A stretch of 64,000 nucleotides of DNA from Octopus vulgaris (GCA_951406725.2 OX597819.1:86304001-86368000), one strand, 5' to 3'; positions 27,180 to 42,211 are shown, numbered from the stretch's first letter. The notes: a model not told the origin generated them from the sequence alone. Numbers and translations: made by a program.

Positions 27180-27990
27180 TTTATTGGTCATAACGACCGA
27201 ACACAAAACATAATGGACAATACACAGGTGAGGGACAGTGAGGCTATAAATGTAAACAGCAAAACACAACAATTAACAAGGAAAATCATCCAACAATGTA
27301 TAATTCCCCAATAAGGCAGATATCCACCGAGAGGTGACCAAATTAACCTCAACCATTTTGGGCCCCTAGCACCTAGGCACCTCAAGTAGGCACCCCTCTC
27401 CTCCTCACTTCATCCGGCCTACAGGTGCTTACTTGGAGTAGACACATTTAAACTTGTCATCCTTGCTACATTCACCTAACTTTCGACAAACTTAGTGGGT
27501 GACAGCACCGCCCTCTCCAGTCTCAGCTTTCTTTTCAAGTGAAACCTGAAAAAGTCAATGAGGCCTTGGCCAAAGACGAAGGTACCAGTCTTCAACCCTT
27601 TCAATCGCGTCCATCACACAACCTCTTTCGTCATAGACACAAGACAGAGAAAACTGCCTTTCCTTTCCGTCCAAAGGAAGGAGGCGGGGCAATTTACCCG
27701 ATGGACTCGGATGATAGCTGAATCTGTCCTTACACGTGACGACTACTCGATGAAGCTCCACAAGTCGGCAATGAGCGGACACTGTACTAGTACATGCAGA
27801 ATGGTTTCCTCGCTCCATATGCACCTCGAGCATGACTGTCTGATTGCACATTCGTGCCTGTATATTTTATCACGAACCGGCAGTACTGCCAGGTCAAAGA
27901 TTTCTGGAAATTATCCATAGGCCCCAGCCCGAAAGTCCTTTCTCTCAACGCCCGGAGCCTCTCTGAGATCGTCGTCGGTCTTGCCCTCCG
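27180..27990 (-). mobile_element. Tx1/L1-clade LINE 3' remnant
   Basis: Minus-strand CSRCIWSEETILHVLVQC (zf-RVT-type CCHC) followed by WTRLKG...; homologous to 39060-39130. Confidence 0.7.
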
Positions 27991-28740
27991 CTAATCTCTA
28001 TAGAACACCGAGGAGGAACTTCTACCTAAACCGTTTTCCTCTGCTTCGATACAACCCTGGCAACTGATCAAACCTCTCTCACTCTTTCTTATGGTCAAGT
28101 ACAGCCTATCAGTGTCACTTTTAGGGTGGAAGGCTCCGTGCACTGTCAATATTTTTCTCGTCTTCGTATCCATTTGCATCAGTTCTTTCTTTTGCCAGTT
28201 TATGATTCCAGCTCCATACCGAAGTGATGTTATCGCCTATGTATTAGCTGCTTGGATTTTATCCCATCCGGTCAATTTTGAGCGCAACATCAGTCTTAGT
28301 CTTCGGATGTATTCCATCCTCAGTTGTTCTTTCATTTACCTTCTCCACGATTTCGTTGAACTCCAGTACGCCAAGGTATTTGTAGCCTTCCTTTTCAATT
28401 TGCTTAATCAATTCTCTATAAAGTAACTCTATCCCTGCTTGGGACTGCACCTTGCCTCTTTTAGGTACACTATACCACACTCCTAGCGTCAGAATTCCAT
28501 TCTAATATCAGCACTAAAACAGTGGATCGTGTCACCAAAGAACTCACTTGTGCCTCATCCTTTTCATACAGCCTCAAATCATCAATGGAGAGGAGGTGGT
28601 TGATTGTTTAAAATTTTCTCTTTAACTGATATCCCAGATTCATTTTCCTAAGTATCAAGGTCAGGGGAATCATGCAAAGAACAAAAAGCAACCACCTTGG
28701 AAAATCCCTCATCTGATTCCTAGATTGCCTAAGGTTTGTG
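27991..28740 (-). pseudogene. Decayed Dong RT fragment
   Basis: GYKYLGVLE; KTRKILTVHGAFHPKSDTDRLYL. Confidence 0.75.
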
Positions 28741-28889
28741 CGTAGGATGTATACTCAGTTTTCCACCACATCATACTTCTCTTCAAAAAATACGTTACAT
28801 CCCTCGCAGTTCCAATAATCTATCAATGTGGTATCATAAGTTTTGCGATAATCAATACAGGTCATTCCCAAATCTGTACTCCATTTACA

Positions 28890-28946
<57 letters not shown>

Positions 28947-28974
28947 GTTATTTTCATTTTATAATTATTATTAA

Positions 28975-29350
28975 GAAGGCGGAGATCTGGCAGAATCATA
29001 GCACACTTTGCCTTTCACACTTTCAGGGTCAATTAAGTACCAGTTGCGCACTGGGGTCGATGTAATCGACTTAATCGTTTTCCCCAAATCTGAGGCCTAG
29101 TGCTTCCAGTAGAAAGAATATTGTTATTATTAAGAGAGGCGGTGACCTGGTAGAATCGTTAGCATACCGGGCAAAATGCTTATCGGTATTTCGTCTGCTG
29201 CTACGTTCTGAGTTCAAATTCCGCCGAGGTCGACTTTACCTTTCATCCTTTCGGGGTCGATAAATTAAGTACCAGTAAAACACTGGGTTGATGTAATCGA
29301 CTATTCCCCCTAATCAAGATTTCAGACCTTGTGCCTTTAGTAGAAAGGAC
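28975..29350 (+). mobile_element. Two tandem SINEs (GGCGGCGAGCTGGCAGAA family)
   Basis: Similarity to other copies; follow (TTA)n. Confidence 0.8.
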
Positions 29351-29919
29351 TATCATCAATAATATTAATACGGCATTTTGTTTTTTGTACGTACCTGACG
29401 CGTGTGTCACGCTTAAGAGTATGAAATTTTGTTGCCTAGATAAGAATTTTTAGTTAGATCTCTTGTAATTTCTAGAAGAGATTCGAAACCACTACTTATG
29501 TGTAGTATTACTACTTCTCTACACCCATGTTTACTGAGCCAACAAAGCAACATCGATCTTAACGAGAAAATTAAGATTCTTAAATTTGACGCTTGTGTTG
29601 AGCAAAGGAGAGGGGAAGTGAGAAAGAAGGAGAGAGATTGAGAGGGAGTGGCTGATAGGTATTTGAATGCCCTTCTACGATTGAAATGAAATTGACCCGT
29701 GGTTATTAAAGGCCCAAGCACGCGCGCGTGCACACACACACGCGCATACACAAACACGTTTGTTTTAGGTCTTCTACCGATTTGAATTCGGCCATACACC
29801 AGATAACATGTTAGGTCTTATGTTCTGAAATTTAAATTTTGAATTAGTTTTAATCATAATATTACACCTCAGCTAAAAAACATCGTTTGGTTTTAGAATA
29901 CAAACTTTTCACCCTCTTT

Positions 29920-30410
29920 CTATATGTTTTGTTAAATAGCAATTTCTCTGTTTTGGTTAGGATTTTTCCAATTTCTTTTTTCTTGTATCAAGTAATGGAC
30001 GAAAGCATTTAAAAGAAAAATTAAATTCATAGAGCCGAATAAGATAAAAAAATATTAATTATTTTTTTGCTTTCTTTAACATTAACAAGAGCGTAGTATG
30101 AGAGAGATTTGGCTGTTATTTGCAGCAAATTGAAAAACCACACAGAGTTATTCAATTGGCTCATTTGTTGATGTTTATAAGTAAACAAAAATTAAAAGAA
30201 CACACACACGTGTATATATGTGAATGTATGTGTGTGTGAGTGTGCGATAATAAGTATCTCTTTTTATATTTTTTGTTAAGTTAGAATTTTTACTGTTTTG
30301 GTCAGGATTTTTCCAATTTCTTTTTTCATGTATCAAGCGATTGACGAAAGCACTTAAAGAATTAAATTCATAGAGCCGAACAAAATAAAAAAATATTAAT
30401 TCTATTTTTG
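29920..30410. repeat. Imperfect ~150-bp direct duplication (29920-30070 / 30260-30410)
   Basis: ggatttttccaatttcttttt...aaattcatagagccgaa...aaaaaatattaatt occurs twice. Confidence 0.8.
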
Positions 30411-30841
30411 CCCTTTACTTTTTACTTTCCTACAATATAATTAATTACTGTATCCTGTATACTGTGTCCTTACATATTAGGTGAGTATTTCAGAAATATT
30501 TTCACCTTTAAACAAAGACTGTCGAATACATTCGTATATGTTTTTTCAATTGAAACACGCTGACTCATTTGAGAGATTTATTGTTTTAATAACAAGTTTT
30601 AAAATTTGGATAATCGCATGAGGTACGCAGCGTATACTACAGCATAGGAGGGAAAGAAATCAGCACAGAATAGAACAAATGACACAGGACCACAGAGTGC
30701 ATTTTCAAAATAGGAGAGATAGAGATCAACGGAATCGGGAACATGAGTCAAGAGCAAAGGCAGCTGTACTTAAAAAATATGAGAAAAACAGCTCAAACCA
30801 CAAAATCGCACCAGCCAGCATCACCACCAGCTCCAAGACCG

Positions 30842-30903
<62 letters not shown>

Positions 30904-30914
30904 GTATATATTTA

Positions 30915-31095
30915 GGTGGTATGTGTGTGTACTTGTGTCTGTGTTTGTTCCCCACCATCATTGCTTGACAACAGATATTGGTGTGTTTGTATCCTTGTAA
31001 CTTAGCTGTTCAGCTGAAGGGACTGATAGAATAAGCATCAGGCTTACAGGGAATAAGTCCAGGGGTCAATTTCAAATGACTGAAACAAATAAAAG
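30915..31095 (+). mobile_element. SINE 3' half
   Basis: gtgtttg...cttgacaac...gtaacttagc...atgactgaaacaaataaaaga. Confidence 0.65.
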
Positions 31096-31279
31096 ATTAC
31101 GAGAAAAACGTTCTGTACAACTAAACCAAGAGGGGTCTCTGAATATGTACGATGTATTTTAAGGCTAAATAGTAATACTGTTGACGTTTGTGTAACTGAG
31201 ATATTTTGGCTGGATTAAATAGTTATCGGTTTTACACTTCTTTCTATATTCTGTAACTGTCACAATATACCTTTCTGCT

Positions 31280-31612
31280 GATCAACCCCAATATGCAACT
31301 GGTATTTAATTTATCGACCCCGAAAGGATTAAAGGCAAAGTCAACCTCGGCAGAATTTGAACTCAGAATGTAAATACAGACGAAATACCTATTTCTTTAC
31401 TACCCACAAGGGGCTAGACACAGAGGGGACAGACAAATGGATTAAGTCGATTATATCGACCCCAGTGCGTAACTGGTACTTATTTAATCGACCCCGAAAA
31501 GATGAAAGGCAAAGTTGACCTCGGCGGAATTTGAACTCAGAACGTAGCGGCAGACGAAATACCGGGAAGCATTTCGCCCGACGTGCTAGCGATCCTGCCA
31601 GCTCACTGCCTT
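31280..31612 (-). mobile_element. Dimeric SINE (GGCGGCGAGCTGGCAGAA family)
   Basis: Same dimer architecture as 19254-19645 and 48240-48628. Confidence 0.8.
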
Positions 31613-31747
31613 TAACTATCACAATGTAGAAACATTTCTCATGGTACCAGCACACAAAGTACAGATGCTTACGTTTTTATATTTTCCGTGAATTTTTCAC
31701 GGGTCCAGCTAGTTATTATTCTTATTATCATCATCATCATCATCATC

Positions 31748-31779
<32 letters not shown>

Positions 31780-31780
31780 T

Positions 31781-32117
31781 CAGTAGTTTTATTTTTTATA
31801 GCGTGCTTTCACTTCACTACCGAGCGCAGCTCTGTGTGCCTTGGGTATGTGCTGTGATTTGTTGTGATGCTCTGATGGTTATTGTATGGAAAGCGTTCTG
31901 GGTGGGATGTGTGCAGTGCCTAGTAGTGCAATTTTCTGTATGTTATATGTGTTTGTAAGTCCTGGTGTTTTTGTTATGTATTTGTCTGAATATTTTTTTA
32001 TCATGTCTAATGCACCTACTATGATAGGAATTGTTTCTGTTTTTAGATTCCACATTCTGCTTACCTCTATTTCCAGGTTTTGTATTTTGAAAGTTTCTCC
32101 ATTTCTTTTAGAGACAC

Positions 32118-32120
<3 letters not shown>
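31781..32120 (-). mobile_element. Dong 3' fragment in (TAA)n
   Basis: Reverse complement of ~26487-26826. Confidence 0.9.
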
Positions 32121-32172
<52 letters not shown>

Positions 32173-32173
<1 letters not shown>

Positions 32174-32360
32174 GGCAGTGGGCTGGCAAAATCGTTAGTA
32201 CAACTGGCAAAATGCTTAGTTGCGTTTCGTCCGTCTTTATGTTGTTCAAATTCTACTGATGTCAACTTTGCTATCCATCCGTTTGAGGTCGATATACTAA
32301 GCACCAGTTGAGACTTAATCCCTCCTTGGAACTTGCTGGCCTTATGCCAAAATTTGAAAC
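32173..32360 (+). mobile_element. SINE (degenerate)
   Basis: ggcagtgggctggcaaaatcgttag head. Confidence 0.7.
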
Positions 32361-32889
32361 GAACACTTTTATGGAAATGGAAAAGTAATGAAAAGTTACC
32401 AGAATATACTTCCCTTCACACAAATTTCCCAGTTATTGTCTACAGTTCAAAGTGAAGCAATTATTTTTCGATAAGATTGTTCATGATAAAAACAATCACA
32501 ATGACTTAAGACTTTAACATTTTTTCCTCCTCCAGAATGACATTTTGTCAATCACTTGACTTTGTTTTATCTTTTTCTCTGAACATTAAGATGTCAGTGT
32601 ATGCTATTGCTAAGTTCAATGCAAATCGGGTTCAACTTTACACACGCGCATACACAAATACGCGCGCGTGCAGACACAGACTAACGTATGTTTGTACATA
32701 CATCTATCGATTCCTGTATATGTACATATCCTTCCACGTGCACGCATAACATTCTGGCGACAATCTCTAGTGGTTTAAACCACAAATTTACATATATTTA
32801 AAATCAGAGTAACCCCAGGAATATTTCTATGTCATTTTCGTCCCTCAGACTTTGGAGAGCCCTATAATACCTCTGTGTATATATGTATG

Positions 32890-33090
32890 CATGTATGGAT
32901 GTTTGTAAACATAATCCAAACATGAAAACACAAAGAGAAAACACAACAAGCGAGAACGTGGAACACGTATAGTATTATTGGACGCTCAGGAAAGAAGGAA
33001 AGAAGGAGGGTTTAACGTTTCGAGCGGAGCTCTTCGTCAGAAACATAGGAAAAGGAAAGATCCAAAGAAAGGAAGACGGAGGAAAAAAAA
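32890..33090 (-). mobile_element. Penelope-type terminal repeat fragment with minimal hammerhead motif (33010-33046)
   Basis: Minus strand GTTT-CTGACGAA-GAGC-TCC-GCTC-GAAACGTT-AAAC; homologous to 58740-58897. Confidence 0.7.
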
Positions 33091-33533
33091 TCGTATGTAC
33101 GTACGTACGTATGGATGTACGTACGTACGTATGGATGTACGTACGTACGTATGTATGTACGTATGTAGGTATTTATGTACGTATGTACTATGTATGTATG
33201 TACATATGCATATATATATAAACGCATGCATTCACATATACACACACAACACATACACACACACACACACACACACATGCACACACACACACACGCACAC
33301 ACACACACACACACATATACATATGTATGAGATAGAATATTTAGATAGTCAACCAGGTTTTGCTTGTGTTAATTATGACTAAGAAATTTTACACAGATGT
33401 CTGTGTAAAATAATTCTTCAAAATTCAATGAATGTAAATATATTCACTTTAGAATTTCCAGTCAAACGTTGGCACGGTATGAATATAGTTACATTCCTCA
33501 AAAATACGTACTTTAAGCACGTTCGGTCCCATA

Positions 33534-34086
33534 CGAGGTGGTATTAAAAGGTTCTCGGACTAGTTCTGTAGCACGCCAACAGATGGCAGCTCACGGTTGC
33601 ATGCGCAATATTAGCCAGCAGTAACCTTCATGAGGCAGTGCGCCGAGTAACATCGCTGTGTTTACTTTGAAAGTTGTGAAATTTGTGTTTTTGTGATCAT
33701 GTGTATGCTGTAGTCTACTATATTTGTCACGGACAGGATATTTGAATAAAGAGTCAACGTGAAATTTTATATGTGTCTGTATATGTATATATATGCGTGT
33801 TTGTGTGTATGTCTGTGTTTATCCCCCCAACATCGCTTGACAAGCGATGCTGGTGTATTTACGTCCCCGTAACTTAGCGGTTCGGCACAAGAGACCGATA
33901 GAATAAGTACTAGGCTTACAAAGAATAAGTCCTGGGGTCGATTTGCTCGACTGAAGGCGGTGCTCCAGCATGGCCATAGTCAAATGACTGAAACAAGTAA
34001 AAGAGAGTAAAAAAAGTAAAATAAGTTGGGGTTTTTTTTCTTTTTATTAAACATAACTAGTCTGGAAGCTTTTTGATACAACTTCG
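33534..34086. mobile_element. Non-autonomous mariner-type MITE with a SINE inserted at ~33790-34020
   Basis: TA-CGAGGTGGTATTAAAAGGTTCTCGGACTAG ... CTAGTCTGGAAGCTTTTTGATACAACTTCG-TA: imperfect TIRs with TA target site. Confidence 0.75.
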
Positions 34087-34541
34087 TATGCTTCCTATTG
34101 GCCAAATCTTAGTTAACTCAGGTTGAAATAAATATTTAGTTTTAATGTGACATAAAGAGGAAGCAAATAAGTAAATTTGAAATGGCTGTTTGCCGTGACA
34201 CTTCAACTTTTACTTTTTTTAATTAAAAAATTGCTATCGGAAGCAAAGGTTTCGAGTTTAAAATTAAGAACTAGAAAAAGCTAGGGTTAATATTGTGCTT
34301 TTAGCAGAATCGTTTGAACATCAGTAAAAATTACGGCGTTTGTTCCGGATCTTTACGTTGTGAATGCAAATACCACTGTTGGCAACTTACCCTTTCATTC
34401 TTTGCGGTCGATAAGATAATGCATCAGAAAAGTACTGGAGTCGATGGAATCGATTAACAAACAAACTTTTCTCAAAATATGGTCGGGTTTCTGACCAGAT
34501 AAGAGAACATCATCATCATCATCATCATTATTATTATTATT

Positions 34542-35181
<640 letters not shown>

Positions 35182-35241
35182 CATCATTATTATCATTATT
35201 ATTATCATCATTATTATTATTATTATTATTATTATTTTTTA

Positions 35242-35273
<32 letters not shown>

Positions 35274-35307
35274 GTTATTGTTGTTATTATTATTATTATT
35301 ATTATTA

Positions 35308-35509
35308 AGGCGGTGAGCTGGCAGAATCGTTATCACGCTAGACGATATGCTTAACAGTATTTCGCCCGTCGTGACGTTCTGAGTTCAAATTCCGCCGAGG
35401 ACGACTTTGTCTTTCATCCTTTCGGGGTCGATTAAATTAAGTACCGGTTGTGTACTGGGGTCGATCTAATAAACTGCCCCTGACTCCAACTTTCAGGCCA
35501 TGTGTCTAC

Positions 35510-35512
<3 letters not shown>
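35308..35512 (+). mobile_element. SINE (GGCGGTGAGCTGGCAGAA) between (TTA)n tracts
   Basis: Similarity to other copies. Confidence 0.8.
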
Positions 35513-35584
<72 letters not shown>

Positions 35585-35585
<1 letters not shown>

Positions 35586-36338
35586 TATGTTTGACTTTTG
35601 CTTTATATTTGTACAAGTTGGCTCCAAGTCTCACCCAGAGACCTCAAGAGACAACAGGGTTGGAAGTTCATGTTGTTGTTATGCCTAGTGTGCCATATAT
35701 TTGGGGGGTGGGGATGTTGTACTAATGAATGTCTAAAAAAAAGGGTTTTTTTTGTTTTTTTTTAAACCGAAAATTATGTTTGTTTTAAACCTTGAGATTA
35801 CATAGAGAGTATTTTGCGTAGGATATGAGCAGTTCCCATGAGCACTATCTTTTGAACTTCTGCCATTTTTGGGTTTCCTGGTATCTGAGTTAGGTAGCTA
35901 TCAGCCCCTTTTGCTATCATTCCCAGGGCACCTATGACAACAGGTATTGTTTTAGCCTTCAGCTTCCACATTTTGCTGATTTCTATTTCAAGATCTTTAT
36001 ATTTGCTCAGTTTTTGGTAGGTCTTGACAGATACGTTTATATCGATTGGGACAGTCATATCAATGAGGAGGCATGTTCTTTGTTTGAAGTCTTTCAATAT
36101 GATGTCTGGCCTATTTGCATCTATCTTCCTGTCAGTTTGAATGGTGAAGTTCCAGAGGAGTGAGATGTGGTCATTTTCAAGCACTGGGGGTGGTTTGTGT
36201 TCCCACCAGTTTTTTTCATGGGGCAAATCCAGGTTTTTACAGATTACCCAGTGAATATATTGTGCAGCTCTATCGTGTCTGTTGAGATACTCTGTAGGCG
36301 CTAGAAGACTGCACTTGGAGACCACATGGTCAATGGTT

Positions 36339-36342
<4 letters not shown>
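35585..36342 (-). mobile_element. 5'-truncated Dong family B copy (REL endonuclease + 3' UTR)
   Basis: Near-identical reverse complement of ~24836-25601. Confidence 0.93.
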
Positions 36343-36390
<48 letters not shown>

Positions 36391-36431
36391 CATCATCATC
36401 ATTATTATCATTATTATTATCATCATTATTA

Positions 36432-36525
<94 letters not shown>

Positions 36526-36539
36526 CATCATTATTATTA

Positions 36540-37140
36540 CATGAAAACTCACAGCTTATTCTGCGGGGTATGATGGAAATTGTCAGCAGACTTAGGTGAC
36601 ACTTATTTACTGGCCGTGCTTCAAGAACCCTGCGAAGAATTCTAGCTGTTCCAAGCAATGCTGATTTTTATAGGTGTTCTACCTTCACACTTGCACCGAT
36701 CTTTTTCAGCCATGTTGGTAGTTGAATGCTGATACTTCCAAGTGCAACAATTACTATTGGTATCATGTCTACTCTCTTCATTGACCACAACCTTCGTATT
36801 TCCCACATTAAATCGTCATAGTTGCTTCTTTTTCCTTCTTTCATATTAATCCTGTCAGTAATCATACATGTTCTTTCTTTTTTATTCGCCACAACAATGT
36901 CCGGTTTCCTATGTCTGGTTAGGCGATCGCACTGGCTCATTGCATCCCACAGGATTTTGCAATTCTCATTTTCGGTGATTCTTGCTGGGGTTTATTTATA
37001 CTACGCCTTTGCTCTTTGTAGGCCGTGATTTCCATAGAGATCCCAATGGATTATTCTTGTCACATTGTCATGGCGTCGTTTTGTATTCGCGTAGTGGAAT
37101 ATATGCGATACAAAGTCCGAGAAAACACCCTTATGATCAT
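36540..37140 (-). mobile_element. Decayed 3' fragment of another Dong-like family
   Basis: HRKPDIVV, IPIVIVALG, LLGTARILRRVLE; (TAA)n tail. Confidence 0.8.
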
Positions 37141-37633
37141 ACGGCTCGGAAAGGGCCTTTGGCCTGTTTCGGTTATTTTTATTATTTGGGGTGGACGTAC
37201 ATCGAGTCGACTTCCAAGGGTTTGTTAAATTTTGTTGGAAACAATTTGCTTAATATTGTGATTTTTTTTATAAAACTTTGAATAAGGAGCCCTAACTTGT
37301 GAAGAGGGGAACTATAAAATTGTGCCCTAAAATCACAATTCTGAATAAGTTTATTTGTTGTTTTTTTTTTCCTTTTGTCTCTAATGGAATTATGAAGTCA
37401 TAATGCCTACAATCACATTCAGCGACGAAGTAGCAGGAAGAATTGCTTACAACACAACCAACTTCATTAGAAAATATTACAATCTCCTGTCCATCCCTTC
37501 TAATACAACAACCGCCCAGTTATAAAAGACACTGTGTGCTCAGGAACAACAATAAAAGTAATGTTAACGACAACGAAGGCAATAGTAAGGGTGACATTTT
37601 TAATAATGAGAACACCAACATAAATAGCAACGA

Positions 37634-37711
<78 letters not shown>

Positions 37712-37868
37712 ATCTATCTATCCGCTCAGTCGAAATCGACTCTCGGTTACTCGATGGGTCAGTGTCCTCCAGTCAGTTCTATCCTGGGCCGCTTCTTTCA
37801 GACTGGCTATGTCCATTCCGATATCACTCTTGATGGTGTCAAGCCAGCGGGTTCTTGATCGGCCTCTG
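37634..37868 (-). mobile_element. RTE-clade LINE 3' end with (TAGA)n tail
   Basis: RGRSRTRWLDTIK...AAQDRTDWR is a typical RTE C-terminus. Confidence 0.75.
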
Positions 37869-38439
37869 ATAACAGCAACAGCAGCATAATGTACAGAGAA
37901 AGTAACGACAGCAACAACAAAGCAATGATAACAGCAATGACACGACAAATTAACTGGTGGGGGCGATTCTATCGGCAGGCAATCTTTTACGAGCATGGGA
38001 TAAAAATCAACAAAATACTTCTTGCTCCCCTTAAATGATAATCGAGGCAAGCCTGATGCAAACAGGATATGTGAATGTGAATGAGAGGAAAACCTGGCGC
38101 TCGTCAATGATGGTCTTGGTGATGCGCAGGCATGAGCCATTGCAAATAGGTCTGTCCATGAAAACCTGCAACTCTCAAGATATGGTATAGACTAGGTAAG
38201 CAATAAGCATACGCAGGGTGCTGATCAGCTTAGGTCAATCAAAATATTTCGATAGGGTCGACCATCAATACGTGGCGGCTAGTTTCGGTACCGTCTTTGA
38301 TTGGTGGTCAAAGTAAATGACCACCAATCAGAACGGTTCAATATAATGCGTTTGGTTCAACAAAAGTATCCGCCCTTTCATTCTCTCTCTTTCTCTCTCT
38401 CTCTCTCTCCCCCTCTCTCCTTCGCTACCTACTGATTCT

Positions 38440-39430
38440 AGACCACTACAGAAGTCAAAGGTCTTTTAGGGGCATCCAGCGGGAACTTGGATGTGGAGGA
38501 TCTGTATTTTCATATGTTGACGACTTTTCCATAATAGCATCGAACATCAAACAGATTGAAGTGATTGGCATTGCTCCATGTGAGTACGAGATATTGACAG
38601 CAGCAAAACTTAACTTAGAAAAGTAGCTGGACCTGCAGCTCAGAACCTGGAGAGGCTGTTCCATGACATTCAACAGCGTCGTGGGGCACTGGACGGGGGG
38701 CCAGAAATGGGTCAATATGAGGGTCGGGCGGAGTTGGCAAACACCGACATTGAACTGTCGTCAACTTCCACCTGGTCGCCGTGCCTTGCACTGCTTTGTG
38801 GTTGACCAAAGTGAACTGCTTGCTCTTCCGCTTACCACGGAGCGGATATGTTTCGCTGTTCAGATGGTTCATTTGCTGTCAATATCCACTACGTGGAGGA
38901 CTGAACACACCGTGGCTAATAATGCACAGACATGTGCTTACAACCTTCTGCTAGTCGAGATCTCCACCATGACTTTCTATAGAGGAATAGTGGGAAGCAT
39001 GACAACTTCCTCGAGGAAACTGGGTGGGGTCGTTGTAAATTAACTGGATATGGTCCTTACCGGGGGACTTTCGGGCAGGAGCCCATGGATAATTTCCAGA
39101 AACCTGTGGCCTGGCAGTGCTACCAGAATGAATTGCCGGTCAGCATAAATTCTACTGGCATGGTAGTGCCCGGGATTCGCTCAGAGCGAGGAAGCAATCC
39201 TTCGTGCGCTCCTACGCCACTCGAGCATTGATGACTTGTGGAGTTATGTTGTCCAGCTGATATCACATATACGACGAATCCCGTTCTCAGCTGACTCCAT
39301 CGCGAAGATCGCCCAGTTGCCTTCTGGATTTTCTTCTGCTTCGTGGCTCTGGCGAAAGATGTATTTTGAGGTGAGACACTTTCCTTTTCGGGAAAGCTTT
39401 TATTTATTTCGTCTAACGTTTCACCTGGAT
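38440..39430 (+). pseudogene. Decayed Tx1/L1-like LINE (RT to 3' region)
   Basis: SYVDDFS (YADD-like). 39064-39125 is homologous to the Tx1 remnant at 27880-27940. Confidence 0.55.
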
Positions 39431-39749
39431 TGAAAGGTGAGGGCCCGAATGAATGAATGAATGAATGAACGTAGTTTAAGCATTCTCCTGTAGGTTAAAA
39501 GGTGCGGAAATTGAGGACTACTTGCCATATCACTTCCGGAGATCAGAGTATCAGGAAATATGTAAGGTTCTTTTGTAAACCCATGAGTCGTGTTTCCCTC
39601 CTATTAAGGGATTTTGTTGTAATATTTTCCCTCTCAAATGTTATTACTTTTATTGTTTACGCGTGTTCCCACGGTCTTCGTCTTTGTATTGCCCTAAATA
39701 TTTTTTCTGTCCTTATGGCCAATAAAAACTTACAATTATTATCATTACT

Positions 39750-39945
39750 GAGGCGGCGATTTGGCAGAATCATTAGCGCGTCGGACAAAAAACTTAGAGT
39801 GATTTCTTCCATCTAGTTCCCTTCTGAGTTCAAATACCACCGAGGACAATTTTGCCATTCGTCCTTTTGGAATCTATAATATCAAATACTGAGCTCAATG
39901 TGATCAACTAGCCTGCTCCCTTTAAATTTGCTGGCCTTATCTAAA
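39750..39945 (+). mobile_element. SINE (degenerate)
   Basis: ggcggcgatttggcagaatcattagc head. Confidence 0.7.
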
Positions 39946-41382
39946 TGAAAACACTATTTTGTAAAAAAAATTAAATGTTTGGTCATCTTTACTAAATATT
40001 TTTGCTTAATTATATGTTCTTTCGCCTGAATATTTTTTATTTACTTTGGTATTTGGTTGAAAAGTGTGTACAAAGTTCTTATTAATATTTGCCGTTAATT
40101 AGGTAGTGAAAGCTATATATCTGTTTAGGATGTTTCCTTTTGTGAATAGTTGTCATCATACAAAAAAGTTTTATTCCTTTGGTGATAACAGAATTATCAA
40201 AATGAAGAAAGAGGAGAAAATTAATAATTATAATTTAGATAGTTCATTCAAATCGCGAAATCTCGGAAGTAATCAGAAATAAAATCGAATTTTAAAGAAA
40301 GGAAATATAGAGAAAAGTAAACAAATCATAAAACTAGCTTTTGGTGACGGAAGAAGACTTTCACTTTCTAAGAGAACAATTTCTCAGGCACAGAAGGTCC
40401 CCGAAAAACTCTGTAAACTACTCTAGTTGATTTAGAAAAAAATCATTAATAGAGTATAAGAATAAACAAGTTTATAATAGGGGCAAAGGATGAGATCTGA
40501 ATTTCTTTCGAAATCTTTACGCACGAATCAATATTGTTCGTGCTCTCAGATAGCTATCATAAATTAAAATATAATTCAGAAAGGATTCTATTTTTCCTAT
40601 TTTTTCTAAGTACCTAGAAGATATAGTGGTTTGGTCAGTTCTGATCGACCAAGCTAATGGTCAAAGGCAATCTTGCCATAACTATCTATTTCATCTCAGA
40701 AAAAGTTTACTGAGGTTATGTTATATATGTCTGTTTTTTTTTTCTTTTTGGCAAAGACAATGGGGTTTCGATGCGCTTTTAGTACGTCAAACGAGCACAA
40801 ATATACTCCCTTATTAGCTGGTAGCGGTTGTGATATAACGGTTTGTTGTTTCACGGGTCAAGTTTTCGAATCATTAATTATCTGCCATGAAAATGTCAAT
40901 GAATGATATGAAAAGATGAATCAACAAAACAGCCTTTACGTGGTCGTTCGACTTATTTAGAAACAGTACTCATGTCTCCCCCGCCGTCTTATAGAGGAAA
41001 TAAAGCATTGGATAATATTTTGTTAGATACATTTTACCTGAAGAAAAAGAGGGACAAAGTAGTCACAATTGGGCCGCTTACTCAGCTGAGTAGACTGGGA
41101 CAACGTGAAAAGAGCAAAAATCATTGAACAGAAACAGATACTAATATAACTGCTGGAAAATTACTTTAGTAAGAACACTAGCAGGTCAAACATTCAAAAT
41201 TCGAATCGCATATTTTCCCCATCACATGAAAAATGTTTGCTTCCCATTTAGAGATTATCTTCAGATAGAAAATATTTTCATGGAATCTAACAATTTAACT
41301 ACCACAATATAATCATAAATAGAAACTTCGCGCGAAAAATGAAAAACTTTTCTTAATTTGTTGTAGAAATTTATTAAATACG

Positions 41383-41548
41383 TAGGCGCAGGCGTGGTTG
41401 TGTGGTAAGAATCTTCCTTCCAAAACCCCATGGTTCCGGTTTCAGTCCCACTAAGTGGCAACTTGGGTAAATGTTTTCTGCTATAGTCTCGAGCCGATCA
41501 AAGCATTGTGGATGGATTTGGTAGACGGAAACTGAAAGAAGTCCGCGG

Positions 41549-41579
<31 letters not shown>

Positions 41580-41800
41580 CTTTGTGTCTGTATTTGTCCC
41601 CTCAACACCGCTTGAAAACCGGTGTTGATGTATTTACGTCCTCGTAACTTAGCGGTCCAGCAAAAGAGTCCGATATAATAAGTACTAGGCTTTAAAAAAC
41701 TTGGTACTGGAGCCGATTTGTTTTATTTTTTAAAAAAATCCTCCAAGGCGGTGCCCCAGCATGGCCGCAATATGACTGAAACAAGTAAAAGATAAAAGAT
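41383..41800 (+). mobile_element. Full-length tRNA-derived SINE (GGCGCAGGAGTGGCTGTGTGG family)
   Basis: tRNA-like head, internal (TG)n, tail ccagcatggccgc...gactgaaacaagtaaaaga. Confidence 0.85.
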
Positions 41801-41939
41801 AAATTATTAAGTATCTTTCGAGAATTTATGACTTAGCAATATGTATAAACATCTGCTACGCAGACTGGAATAGACAAGATAATTCTTCAAATAAGGAAAA
41901 TCTTCAAATAAATATATGCTTATATTATATATATATATA

Positions 41940-42108
41940 GCGGATTTCTTTCAGTTTCTGTCTACCAAATCCAATCACAAAGCTTTGGTCGGCCTGAAGC
42001 TAGAAGCCACTAATAAAAGAGACTTGCCTAAGGTGCCACGCAGTGGGACTGAACCCGGAACCATGCGGTTGGGAAGCAAGCTTGTTACCACACAGACACG
42101 CCTGCGCC
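41940..42108 (-). mobile_element. SINE 5' half
   Basis: Reverse complement of the same head. Confidence 0.75.
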
Positions 42109-42211
42109 TATGTATACATATATAGTAACTTTTATGCTGAAGTATTGGAGATTTTAGGTATAATTATACTAATGTGTCCATCTGTTCTAATTCAATTAAA
42201 TTCTTTGTCTG

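Noticed and set aside
30679-30915. Short charged ORF as a possible host exon
   Set aside because: No domain similarity or clear splice context, and it runs into a TA repeat.
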